A DNA stretch of 64,000 nucleotides from a bacterium. Lineage in GTDB: Bacteria; Elusimicrobiota; Elusimicrobia; UBA1565; UBA9628. The notes under the pieces were generated by a model, which was given only the letters and a program-made list of their open reading frames with translations, did no database searches and was not told the DNA's origin. Shown piece by piece: positions 8,161-16,803 of this stretch. Both the position numbers and the translations under genes were made by a program. Position 1 is the first letter of the stretch. The number at the start of each line of letters is the position of its first letter. Where the stretch lies: assembly GCA_021782205.1 (NCBI GenBank), contig JAJXVH010000009.1, positions 3,432 to 67,431 of the forward strand. The letters run 5' to 3'.

Positions 8161-9695
8161 GACTCGCGGCGGCGCTCGGCGTCCTGCTGGCGGTTGGCGC
8201 CGCGCCCGCCGCGGCCCAGCAGCTTTTCAGCCGCGCCGACATCGAGTTCATCGTGGGCAAGCGCGACGCCAACGGCGCGGTGGTTCAGGAAGGTGCGGAG
8301 AGCCGCATCCAGATGGTCTACCACTATTTCAAACGCGACCGCGACCAGGGCGTCCCCGTCCCAGCTTGGATCAACGCCAAGCTCGGGGCGATGCTGAGCC
8401 ATCCGGTGTGGCAGGACCCTGACGACGGCCTGCTCAACGAGGCCCAGCTGTGGCAGTCGCCGGACTCGGTGCTCTATGAATTTTTCGAACTGGTGCGCCG
8501 CAGCTTCCCGCCCGCCGACGGCGGCAAGCTGGTCTCGCCCGGCGCGCTCGTGCGCGAGTACGAGGACAACCGCGTCAAGTTCAACATGGCCTACGACCGC
8601 CTGCTGCGCGCCCACCTGCGCGACTCGCTCAACGGCCGGGCGCGCTCGGAGATCGCGACGTACGGCCTGATCAACAATCAGCTCGACGGCGTGATGGACG
8701 GCCTGATCAACGGCAACACCCAGCGCTACAAGGACGCGGTGATCGGCATCGCCGCGCTGTGTAATTCCTCCTACGACATCCTGCAGGTCAATCCGCGCGG
8801 CTACGCGCAGGCTCCCAAGGATCAATCGAGCCTGGAGAACGTCGCGTTGTTTTTCGCGATGCTCGGCGTTCTGGTCGCGGGCCTGATGGGCTTGTCGATC
8901 GGCGTGGAGAACGACGAGAAGATCGTCGGCTTGGCGGAGCGATACAAGACGAAGGCCAAGGAGTGGGCGCACGAGTACGAGCGCCAATTCATCGTCATCA
9001 AGGTGCACTATCTCGTCGGCGCGCCGATAGCCGCGGGCTTGATCATCGGCCTGCTGACCTTCGACGTCTACGGCTTCCTGATCTTCTTCGGCATGGGCGT
9101 CTACGCGGGGCTGATCCTGCCGGGCTGGCTTTTAGGCATCATCCGCCAGCGGCGCGGCGCGCGCTGCGAGGCCCAGCTCATGGACACGATGGTGCTGATG
9201 TCCAACGGCCTGAAGTCGGGCATCGACCTGATCGGCTGCATCGGCATGGCTACCAAGGACATGCAGCCGCCCATTTCCGAGGAGTTCGGGCTGTGCCTGA
9301 AGAACTACCACCTGGGCATGAGCATCGACAAGGCTCTTGAAGGCATCGAGGAGCGCGTGCAGAGCCGCCTGCTGTCCTACATGATCAAGGCCGTCGTCAT
9401 CCAGCGCTCGGTCGGCGGCAACTTGACCAAAATCTTCGACCGCATCGTCGAGAATATCCGCGAGGAGTCGAAGCTGGTGGAGAAGACCGCCGCGATGACC
9501 GCCCAGCAGCGCATCCAGGCCATCGTCGTCGGCGTGATGCCGTGGATCATGCTGCTGATCATGTTCGCCTTCCAGCCCAAGCCCATGGCCGCGTTCTATT
9601 TCACGCCGATGGGCTTCATGACTTTGCTGTTCTGCACCATCTGGATTTCGATCGGCATGAAGGTCGTCAATAAGCTGGGAGACATCAGCGTCTGA
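8157..9695 (+). CDS. tadB: TadB-like T2SS-F-domain inner-membrane platform protein with an N-terminal exported extension of about 280 aa
   Basis: GTG 8157 overlaps the upstream stop. Signal-like VRLAAALGVLLAVGAAPAAAQQ. The T2SSF domain runs MVLMSNGLKSGIDLIGCIGMATKD...IKAVVIQRSVGGNLTKIFDRI...QQRIQAIVVGVMPWIMLLIMF. The track ORF 5958.. is an out-of-frame extension through cpaE/F. Confidence 0.7.
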   Translation: MRLAAALGVLLAVGAAPAAAQQLFSRADIEFIVGKRDANGAVVQEGAESRIQMVYHYFKRDRDQGVPVPAWINAKLGAMLSHPVWQDPDDGLLNEAQLWQSPDSVLYEFFELVRRSFPPADGGKLVSPGALVREYEDNRVKFNMAYDRLLRAHLRDSLNGRARSEIATYGLINNQLDGVMDGLINGNTQRYKDAVIGIAALCNSSYDILQVNPRGYAQAPKDQSSLENVALFFAMLGVLVAGLMGLSIGVENDEKIVGLAERYKTKAKEWAHEYERQFIVIKVHYLVGAPIAAGLIIGLLTFDVYGFLIFFGMGVYAGLILPGWLLGIIRQRRGARCEAQLMDTMVLMSNGLKSGIDLIGCIGMATKDMQPPISEEFGLCLKNYHLGMSIDKALEGIEERVQSRLLSYMIKAVVIQRSVGGNLTKIFDRIVENIREESKLVEKTAAMTAQQRIQAIVVGVMPWIMLLIMFAFQPKPMAAFYFTPMGFMTLLFCTIWISIGMKVVNKLGDISV

Positions 9696-9696
9696 C

Positions 9697-10605
9697 ATGG
9701 GCGGCATCGATCCCCTGACTCACTATTTTTTGCTCGGGCTGGCGTTCTTCGGCTCGGTGGCGGCCTACGTCACGGTCAGCCGCATGTTCGCGCCGCCGCC
9801 GGAGGACGACAAGAACGACTTGTCCAAGCTGGCCAACCGCGAGATGGGCACCAGTTCGGCGTTCTCCGGGCTCAACCCCAACGGGGGCTTGGTCGAGCGT
9901 CTGGACCTCTACCTGCTGCGCACGTTCCACCTGGACGTGAAGCTGGAGGAGCTGCACATGCTGTTGGGCCGGCCGGCCAAGCCCAGCGCGCTGGACATCC
10001 TGCACCTGAAGGAGTTCTTCGCGCTGTTGTTCGGCGGAATCGCGGCGTTCGTCACCGGCTATTGGCCGCTGCTGGGCTTCGGCGCGATCGGCTTCCTGGT
10101 GCCGGACTCTCTGATGAACGCGCGCATCCGCGCGCGTCAGGCCGACATCATGCGCAACTTCCCGACCACGGTCGACTTGATGGCGCTGACCATCGAGGCC
10201 GGCCTCGACTACATGTCGGCCATCGAGCGCATCTTGAAGAACGTGCGGACGGGACAGCGCACGGAGCTGGAAAAAGAGCTGGAGAAGATGATCAACGAGG
10301 TCCAGCTCGGCTATTCGCGCCGCGACGCGCTGACCCGTCTGGCGCTGCGCACGGGCATCTCCGAAATCCGGTCCTTCGTGGGTCTGATCATCCAGTCCGA
10401 CGAGCTGGGCACGAGCCTGGTCGAACTGCTGCGCAACTACGCGGCCGATATGCGCTTTAGGCGCCTCAATCGCGCGGAGAAGCTGGCCGCGCAGGCCTCG
10501 ACGAAGATGCTGATCCCTCTGTTCATCTTCATCTTCCCGACCGTGTTCATCCTGATGCTGGCGCCGATGATGAAGAGCCTGATCCAGGGAGGCTTGGGCT
10601 TCTGA
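9697..10605 (+). CDS. tadC: TadC-like T2SS-F-domain inner-membrane platform protein
   Basis: MRNFPTTVDLMALTIEAGLDYMSAIERI...IIQSDELGTSLVELLRNYAADMRFRRLNRAEKLAAQASTKMLIPLFIFIFPTVFILMLAPMM. Confidence 0.75.
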   Translation: MGGIDPLTHYFLLGLAFFGSVAAYVTVSRMFAPPPEDDKNDLSKLANREMGTSSAFSGLNPNGGLVERLDLYLLRTFHLDVKLEELHMLLGRPAKPSALDILHLKEFFALLFGGIAAFVTGYWPLLGFGAIGFLVPDSLMNARIRARQADIMRNFPTTVDLMALTIEAGLDYMSAIERILKNVRTGQRTELEKELEKMINEVQLGYSRRDALTRLALRTGISEIRSFVGLIIQSDELGTSLVELLRNYAADMRFRRLNRAEKLAAQASTKMLIPLFIFIFPTVFILMLAPMMKSLIQGGLGF

Positions 10606-11966
10606 TGAACGCGCGCGCCCTCGCCGTGCTGCTGGCGCTGGCCTCCGCGGTTCCTTTGCGGGCGCAAGACGACGCGCCGATGGTCAAGGACACCGAAGGC
10701 CTGTTCCTGGACATGTCGAAGGTGAACTTGGGCACGATCAGCTCCGAAGACGACAAGAAGAAATACATCTACACCATCCAGCTGGAGAAGTCGCGCCTGA
10801 CGCGGCAGGCGCTGAAGATCGTCTACGAGAACGCCTTCGACCTCTACCGCGAGGGCCAGTTCGAGAACGCCAACGAGCTGACGCAGAAAATACTGGCCAT
10901 CGATCCGACCTATGAAGACGCGCGGATCCTGAACCGCGCCACGCTCGATCTCAAGGGCTCGACCACGCCGGCGGCCTCCCGGCACCGCTTGTTGTCGGAC
11001 CGTTTCGAGGAAGGCATGTCGCTGTATCGGCAGGGGCGTCTGGTCGAGGCGGCCGACCGTTGGGACGAGGTGGTCAAGCTTTCGCCGCTGAACTTGAAGG
11101 CGCGCTACTGGCTCAAGCGCGCGCACAAGGAACTGGCCGTCGAGCACTTCCGCCGCGGGCAGAAGGCCTACGCGCAGCACCGCCTGCGCGACACGCTCGA
11201 TCAATGGTATGCGGCGCTGGTGCTGGACCCGCACTATCCCCGCCTGGCGGCGTCCATCGCGAAGGTGGAAAGCGAGGAGCGCGAGCAGGAGGCCAACGAG
11301 AAGCTGCAGACGGCGCTGAACCTCTACGGCCAGGGCCTGGTGCTAGAGGCGCTGAAGACGCTCGACGAGGTGCTGGCGATCGGCCCTGGTAACGCGAAGG
11401 CGCAGAAGCTTCAATCGGAGATCCGCGCGGAGGTCGCCAACCAGCACGTGATGGAAGGCCGCCGGCTCTACGAGTCCCGCCAATATGAGGCGGCGATCGC
11501 CGAATGGAAAACGGCCACCGATTACGGCTACGACTCCAAGGCCGCGGATCAATTGGTGGCGCGCGCCAAGGAGCAGGAGCGGCGCGAGGAGGCCGCGCGC
11601 AAGCGCGCCGCCGAGGCCGCGAAGGTGCGCGAGGAAGACGCCAAGAAGAAAGCCGACGAAGAGGCGGCGGCGGCTGAGGCCAAGAAGAAGGCCGACGCCG
11701 ACGCCAAGGCCAAGGCGGACGCCGAAGCCCAGACGCAAAGTCAGAACGGCGCGCCGGCGGCCGCGCCGGCCGCTCCCGCCGGCGTCAGCGACTCGGCCAA
11801 ACAGCAGTCCCAGCAGGCCTACTTGGCGGGCATGGTTTATTTCCAGCAGGGCAACTACGAGAAGGCGCGCGACCAGTTCATGCTCGCCAAGCAGCTTGAC
11901 CCCGGAAACCCCGACGCCGCCGCGGGGCTGGACCGCATCGAAAAGCTCTACGGCGGGGGCCAATAG
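10605..11966 (+). CDS. Exported TPR-repeat protein (TadD-like position) with a Lys/Ala/Glu-rich tract
   Basis: Signal peptide MNARALAVLLALASAVPLRAQDD. Several TPR-like A..Y..G.Y..A...W..AL.LDP units. Low-complexity EERREEAARKRAAEAAKVREEDAKKKADEEAAAAEAKKKADADAKAKADAEAQ. Confidence 0.6.
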   Translation: MNARALAVLLALASAVPLRAQDDAPMVKDTEGLFLDMSKVNLGTISSEDDKKKYIYTIQLEKSRLTRQALKIVYENAFDLYREGQFENANELTQKILAIDPTYEDARILNRATLDLKGSTTPAASRHRLLSDRFEEGMSLYRQGRLVEAADRWDEVVKLSPLNLKARYWLKRAHKELAVEHFRRGQKAYAQHRLRDTLDQWYAALVLDPHYPRLAASIAKVESEEREQEANEKLQTALNLYGQGLVLEALKTLDEVLAIGPGNAKAQKLQSEIRAEVANQHVMEGRRLYESRQYEAAIAEWKTATDYGYDSKAADQLVARAKEQERREEAARKRAAEAAKVREEDAKKKADEEAAAAEAKKKADADAKAKADAEAQTQSQNGAPAAAPAAPAGVSDSAKQQSQQAYLAGMVYFQQGNYEKARDQFMLAKQLDPGNPDAAAGLDRIEKLYGGGQ

Positions 11967-11968
11967 CC

Positions 11969-13093
11969 GTGCGCCTGTCCGCGAAGTGGTTCTTGTGGTT
12001 CGCCGGCATCGGCGTCTACGTGATGTTCCTGGGCGGCATTTTCTATTACAACCTGTTCAAGTGGACCTTCGACGAGAAGCTCAAGCAGGAGTCCATCGAC
12101 ATGGTCCGGCTGTACGCGCCGCAGCTGGTTCAGGGCTTGTCGCGCAACCAGGGCGCCATCAGCATGACGGAATACGACGTCGTCTCGCGCTTCGCCAAGG
12201 ACGACCGCGTCGCCTCGCTGCTCTACCTGAACAAGTACGGCGACGTGCGCTGGTTCCGCGACCCGGCGATGATCTCCAAGACCTTCGACGACTTCACCAA
12301 GCAGGTGACCTTGCCCACGGACGCCATCGAGCAGGCGTGGCTGGCCAAGACGCCGATCGTGCGCGCGGTGCCGAACATGGAGCTCTACGACATCGCCATC
12401 CCGCTGGCGCTGCGCGGCGACGTGCTGGGCATCATCGACCTGCAGGTCAGCCGCGCCGGCGTGGCGAAGGTCATCGACCAGGCCATGAACAAGTACGCCA
12501 TCGGCGCCGTGGGCGTGCTGCTGCTGCTGGGCATCCCTCTGTACTTTTTCCTGCACCACTTCGTGCTGTCGCCGCTGATGAACCTGCGCGACGCCGTGGA
12601 GTCGATCTCCTTTAAAAGCCTGGAGCTCAAGTTCAAGGCGGGCGGCGATGAGGTGGGGGATCTGGCCAACGCGCTGTCGATCTTCCTGTCGAAGGTGAAG
12701 GCCGAGATCGCCAACGCCCTGGCCCGCGAGCAGCGCCGCGGCGTGGCCGAGGCGCGCTGGTGGGAGTCGATCCTCAAGACCATCGTCACCAAGAACCACC
12801 GCGCGATCGTCGTCGACGAGGACAACACCGTGCTGTACACGAACTTCGCCGTCACCGGCGTGGCCACCAACGACGGCAAGCTGCACCTGCTCGACGTCAT
12901 CGACAGCCAGCAGCAGGACGTTCTGCGCCTGGTGGGCGTCGCGCTCGACCGGCCCAACCAAGTGGTGGAGGCCGACACGATGTTCCGCTCCGAGCCGTGC
13001 CGCGTGAAGGCCGTGCACCTCGACGAGGAAGGCGAGACCAAGCGCACCTTGATCTTGTTCGAGGTGAAGACGGCCGGCGCGAGGGTCGTTTGA
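11969..13093 (+). CDS. Membrane sensor protein with a HAMP domain and no recognisable output domain
   Basis: Two TM segments flank an extracytoplasmic region of about 150 aa. HAMP-like LSPLMNLRDAVESISFKSLELKFKAGGDEVGDLANALSIFLSKVKAEI. The C-terminal part is PAS-like. Confidence 0.55.
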   Translation: MRLSAKWFLWFAGIGVYVMFLGGIFYYNLFKWTFDEKLKQESIDMVRLYAPQLVQGLSRNQGAISMTEYDVVSRFAKDDRVASLLYLNKYGDVRWFRDPAMISKTFDDFTKQVTLPTDAIEQAWLAKTPIVRAVPNMELYDIAIPLALRGDVLGIIDLQVSRAGVAKVIDQAMNKYAIGAVGVLLLLGIPLYFFLHHFVLSPLMNLRDAVESISFKSLELKFKAGGDEVGDLANALSIFLSKVKAEIANALAREQRRGVAEARWWESILKTIVTKNHRAIVVDEDNTVLYTNFAVTGVATNDGKLHLLDVIDSQQQDVLRLVGVALDRPNQVVEADTMFRSEPCRVKAVHLDEEGETKRTLILFEVKTAGARVV

Positions 13094-13193
13094 CCGCGAG
13101 CGCCGCGAAGAATCCGCCGTACTTGCGCCCGTCCGCGCGCTCTGCTAAGCTTGACGGGTCCGCGGGTCGCGTCTTTGAGGAGATATTGAGGAA

Positions 13194-13625
13194 ATGAACT
13201 ACAAAATCCGGCGCATCGATCCGTATTGGATGAAGAATCCCGTGATCCCGATCGTCGCGTTGGTCGGGGTTGCCGCGGGGTTGGCGCTCGTCAACGCGGG
13301 CCAGGCGGTGCCCGCGATCATCGCCGGAGCGGTCGCCGGAGTGGCGATCGTTTTGGCGACCCAGCCGGCGGTGACGGCGGTCATGGGCGTGCTGGGCCTT
13401 CTCGGCGGCCTGACCACGTTCGTCTTCTTCCCGCGTCCCGATGTCGTCGCGATGTCTCCGCTCATGCGCGCGCTCTCGGCGGTCCTCTTCTCCGTCTTCT
13501 ACATGGTGCTGATGGACGGGGTCGTTTTGTTCATCGCGGTGCTCTACAATCTGTTTGCCGGGGCCGTGGGCCTGGGCGGGCTCAGCCTGGACCTGGACGC
13601 CGACGGCGGCGAGGGTGAGGCGTAG
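13194..13625 (+). CDS. Small polytopic membrane protein, unknown function
   Basis: GAGGAG RBS upstream. About 4 predicted TM helices and an acidic tail DLDADGGEGEA. Confidence 0.5.
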   Translation: MNYKIRRIDPYWMKNPVIPIVALVGVAAGLALVNAGQAVPAIIAGAVAGVAIVLATQPAVTAVMGVLGLLGGLTTFVFFPRPDVVAMSPLMRALSAVLFSVFYMVLMDGVVLFIAVLYNLFAGAVGLGGLSLDLDADGGEGEA

Positions 13626-13630
13626 AGCCG

Positions 13631-14437
13631 GTGCGGGTCAACGCCGTCCACGCCTCGCGCGAGCCCGGACGGGCGGCGCTCGTCGTTGAGGCGCTGCAGG
13701 GCGCCGGCGTGGCGGTCACGGCGGTCCAGCGCGCCAAGGAAGTCCAAAGCCTGCTGGCTCACCGCGGTTGCGACCTGCTGCTGGTCGGACAGAAGCTGGC
13801 CGACGAGGACGGCGTGGAGTTCGTGCGCTCCCTGCGCCTGAAAGGCCCGGCCAAGCAGCTCCCCATCGTCGCACTCGTCGAGCACGCCGAGCAGGCTCCG
13901 GCCGGCGCCTCGCCGGTCAAGCACGCCTACGCGCTGTTCGGCCGCGGCACGCCCGCGGCCGCCGCGGCGGCGACCGCCGCGGCTCCCGCCAAGGACCGCG
14001 CTTCCCTGCGCCTGGCCTTTTTCCAGGCCGGCGCCGACGAGTGCCTGTCATTAGGCTGGGACGCCGCCGAGTGCCTGGCCCGTATCAAGGCCGTTCTGCG
14101 CCGCACCCAGGCCAGCGCGCCCGAGGAAATCGTCAAGATGGGGGAAATCGAGCTCAACCTCACGAGCTACACCCTCCACGTCAGCGGCAAGCGCGTGCCG
14201 CTGACTTCCAAGGAGCTGGATCTGCTCTACGTTTTCTTGAGCTCGGCCAACCGCGTGCTCTCGCGCCCCTACCTGATCGAGCGCGTCTGGGGCTACAACT
14301 ATTTCGGCTCGCCGCGCACCGTCGACGTGCACGTGCGCCGCCTGCGCGAGAAGCTGGGCGTCGCGGCGCGCCACATCACGACCATTCCGTGCGTCGGCTA
14401 CAAGCTGGTCCCCCCCGGCGGGGAATTGAGGAGATGA
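13631..14437 (+). CDS. OmpR/PhoB-type winged-helix DNA-binding regulator with a degenerate (pseudo-)receiver domain
   Basis: C-terminal Trans_reg_C pattern GEIELNLTSYTLHVSGKRVPLTSKELDLLYVFL...RVWGYNYFGSPRTVDVHVRRLREKLG...VGYKL. The receiver-like N-terminus lacks the DD pair, the phospho-Asp (DLLLVGQKL), T/S and K. Confidence 0.7.
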   Translation: MRVNAVHASREPGRAALVVEALQGAGVAVTAVQRAKEVQSLLAHRGCDLLLVGQKLADEDGVEFVRSLRLKGPAKQLPIVALVEHAEQAPAGASPVKHAYALFGRGTPAAAAAATAAAPAKDRASLRLAFFQAGADECLSLGWDAAECLARIKAVLRRTQASAPEEIVKMGEIELNLTSYTLHVSGKRVPLTSKELDLLYVFLSSANRVLSRPYLIERVWGYNYFGSPRTVDVHVRRLREKLGVAARHITTIPCVGYKLVPPGGELRR

Positions 14438-14438
14438 C

Positions 14439-14816
14439 ATGGCGAAGCTTCTGATCATCGACGACGACGCTCATTTGCGCGAGAGCCTGGCCGAGGTCCT
14501 GGATCTCGACGGCTTCGAGTGCCACCAGGCGGGCGACGCGAAGGAAGGCATTGCGGCGGCTCAGAAGCTGTCGCCCGATGTGGTCATCATGGACATCCAG
14601 CTTCCCGACTCCTCCGGCTTCCAGATCTGCCAGGAACTGCGCAAGCGCTCGAAGACCATGATCCTGATCATGATGACGGGCCGTTTCTTGTCCTCGGAGG
14701 AGAAGACCCAGGGCTTCGAGCTGGGCGCCGACGAGTACATCACCAAGCCTTTCGACCTCGCCGAACTGTCGGTCCGGATCAAGCAGCTTCTCTCGCGCAA
14801 CGCGCCGCGCGGCTGA
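14439..14816 (+). CDS. Single-domain CheY-like response regulator
   Basis: LLIIDDD...DVVIMDIQLPDSSG...ILIMMTG...ADEYITKPFD. All canonical receiver residues are present. Confidence 0.85.
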   Translation: MAKLLIIDDDAHLRESLAEVLDLDGFECHQAGDAKEGIAAAQKLSPDVVIMDIQLPDSSGFQICQELRKRSKTMILIMMTGRFLSSEEKTQGFELGADEYITKPFDLAELSVRIKQLLSRNAPRG

Positions 14817-14847
14817 GGCGCGGCGCCGCCGGCGGGAACCCTAAGTC

Positions 14848-16725
14848 ATGCCCACGCGCAGACGCGGCAAGCTCGCGTATAAGATTCTCTTCTGGTTCCT
14901 GCTCATCTCGCTGATCCCGATGGGCGTGGTCGGCTACTACCTGATCAACGTCTCCCAGCAGTCCCTGCACAACGAGACGCTGACCATGCAGGGCTCCCTG
15001 GCGGTGGGCTTTTCCGACACCGTCGATAAATACGTGGCGACGTTTCGCAACGTGATGACGGAAACCGCCAGCCTGGACGATTTCACGTCGATGAACCCGG
15101 CCAAGCAGCAGCAATATCTCAACCGGATACTCCAAATTCATCTGGCGGTTTTGGAGTTGTCGGTGCTCAACGGCAAAGGCGTGGAGACCCTGCGCGTCGG
15201 CCGCTTCCTGGGACCGAACCCGGAACTGCGCGACTTCAGCCGCGAGGATCTTTTTCAGTCCGCGGTCGGCCCGAAAGGACAATACGTGGGGCGGCTGGAG
15301 CGCTTCCAGGGGCTTTATCCCACCGTCACCGTCTCGGTGCCCATTCTCGATGCGCACGCCCAGCCCGCGCGCGTGGCCGGCGTTCTGGCCGCGCGCATCA
15401 GCCTCAATCCGCTGTCGACGATGCTGTCCATGGAGTTCCCGTCCACCGGCAGCAGCCAGGCCGCGGTGGTGGCACCCGACGGATTTTTGATCGCGCACTC
15501 CGACCCCAAGGAGATCTACCGTCCCGACGCGCGCCTCTCCGACGACGTCCTGCGCGTGGTCACCACGCAGGCCAGCGAGCGCGGCAGCGGCGACATGGCG
15601 CTGGCCGACGGGCGGCGCATGCTGGCGTCCTTCGCGCAGTCGCGCGACCTGGGCTGGATCGTCTACGTCCAGCAGCCGGTGGAGACCGCCAACCAGTCCG
15701 CCGATCAGATGCGCTCCCAGATCGTGAAGTTTTTTCTGATCGTCGCGCTGTTCATGGTCCTGTTCTCATTGGCGATGGCCAACCACATCACCCAGCCCAT
15801 CCGCATTCTCAAAGAGGCGGCCGACCGCCTGGGCCGCGGCCAGTTCGAGGACCTGCCCGAGGTGGTGGCCACCAACGACGAGATTGGCGACCTGGCGCAG
15901 ACCTTTTTGGGCATGAGCGACTCTTTGAAGGAAAAAACCGGCGAGTTGATCCACGCCAAGCAGGAATTGGAGAAGTTCACCAAGTTTTTAGAGAAGCGCG
16001 TGGACGCGCGCACGCGCGAGCTGCGTTCCGCCCAGGACGAGCTCATCAAGAAGGAGCGCCTGGCCGCCATCGGCCAGATGGCGTCCGTCGTCGGCCACGA
16101 AATCCGCAACCCCCTGGCGGTCATCAACAACTCGATCTACTTCATTAAGACCAAGCTGTCGACCGGCCAGGAGCCCGACCCCAAGATCGCCAAGCACATC
16201 AAGATCATCGAGTCCGAGATCCAGCAGGCCAACGGCATCATCAACGAGATCCTGACCTACTCCCGCCAGCGCGACTTGAAGCCCGAGCGCGTTCAGCTCA
16301 ACACCTGGCTTGAGGAACTGCTGTCCGTGTATCCGTTCCCGCCGCACATCACCCTGGAGAAGCAGTTCGACCCGTCCAGCGTGAGCGTCGAAATCGACAC
16401 CACCGAGGTTCAGCAGGCGATCCGCAACCTGATCGGCAACGGCATCGAGGTGATGCCGCCGCCGAAAGGCGGCAAGATCACCATCCGCACCGCCATACCC
16501 GAGCCGGGCTGGGTGCGCATCGACATCGGCGACGCGGGCGGCGGCATCCCGCCGGACGTCCTCGACAAGATCTTCGCGCCGTTTTTCACCACCAAGGCGC
16601 GCGGCACCGGCCTGGGGTTGGCGGTCGTACGCAAGGTCGTGGATCGCCATAAGGGCCGCGTCGAGGTGGAAAGCAAGGTCGGCGTCGGCACGACGTTCAT
16701 GCTGTATCTGCCGACGGTCGTCTGA
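14848..16725 (+). CDS. Sensor histidine kinase (TM, Cache-like extracytoplasmic domain, TM, HAMP, HisKA, HATPase_c)
   Basis: HAMP ITQPIRILKEAADRLGRGQFEDL...DEIGDLAQTF. H-box SVVGHEIRNPLAVINN. N/G boxes IRNLIGNGIEVM, DAGGGIP, FFTTKARGTGLGLAVV. Confidence 0.85.
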   Translation: MPTRRRGKLAYKILFWFLLISLIPMGVVGYYLINVSQQSLHNETLTMQGSLAVGFSDTVDKYVATFRNVMTETASLDDFTSMNPAKQQQYLNRILQIHLAVLELSVLNGKGVETLRVGRFLGPNPELRDFSREDLFQSAVGPKGQYVGRLERFQGLYPTVTVSVPILDAHAQPARVAGVLAARISLNPLSTMLSMEFPSTGSSQAAVVAPDGFLIAHSDPKEIYRPDARLSDDVLRVVTTQASERGSGDMALADGRRMLASFAQSRDLGWIVYVQQPVETANQSADQMRSQIVKFFLIVALFMVLFSLAMANHITQPIRILKEAADRLGRGQFEDLPEVVATNDEIGDLAQTFLGMSDSLKEKTGELIHAKQELEKFTKFLEKRVDARTRELRSAQDELIKKERLAAIGQMASVVGHEIRNPLAVINNSIYFIKTKLSTGQEPDPKIAKHIKIIESEIQQANGIINEILTYSRQRDLKPERVQLNTWLEELLSVYPFPPHITLEKQFDPSSVSVEIDTTEVQQAIRNLIGNGIEVMPPPKGGKITIRTAIPEPGWVRIDIGDAGGGIPPDVLDKIFAPFFTTKARGTGLGLAVVRKVVDRHKGRVEVESKVGVGTTFMLYLPTVV

Positions 16726-16763
16726 CGCGATTTCGCGTCGACCTCGGCCGGCCTCGGCCGGCC

Positions 16764-16792
16764 TTGACAGCGCCAGCAGGCGGAGTTAGACT
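16764..16792 (+). promoter_or_regulatory. Sigma70-like promoter: TTGACA, N17, TAGACT
   Basis: -35 at 16764-16769 and -10 at 16787-16792. ATG 16804 lies 11 nt after the -10, giving a very short leader. Confidence 0.45.
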
Positions 16793-16803
16793 GAATCTAC
16801 CCC

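Noticed and set aside
11575-11745. Lys/Ala/Glu-rich tracts in the TPR protein, and in P3 at 32195-32335, as TolA-like domains
   Set aside because: The resemblance to TolA domain II is purely compositional, with no flanking TolA domains. They are treated as low-complexity spacers.
13194-13625. Possible TadV/CpaA prepilin peptidase (small polytopic protein within the Tad neighbourhood)
   Set aside because: No paired catalytic Asp motifs (no GxGD/GGGD-like signature), and the sequence does not resemble Peptidase_A24 as I recall it. Left as an unknown membrane protein.
16724-16739. Inverted repeat GACGCGA-tt-TCGCGTC overlapping the kinase stop codon as a terminator
   Set aside because: The loop is only 2 nt and there is no downstream T-tract. 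It is noted only as context for the adjacent tandem 10-mer.
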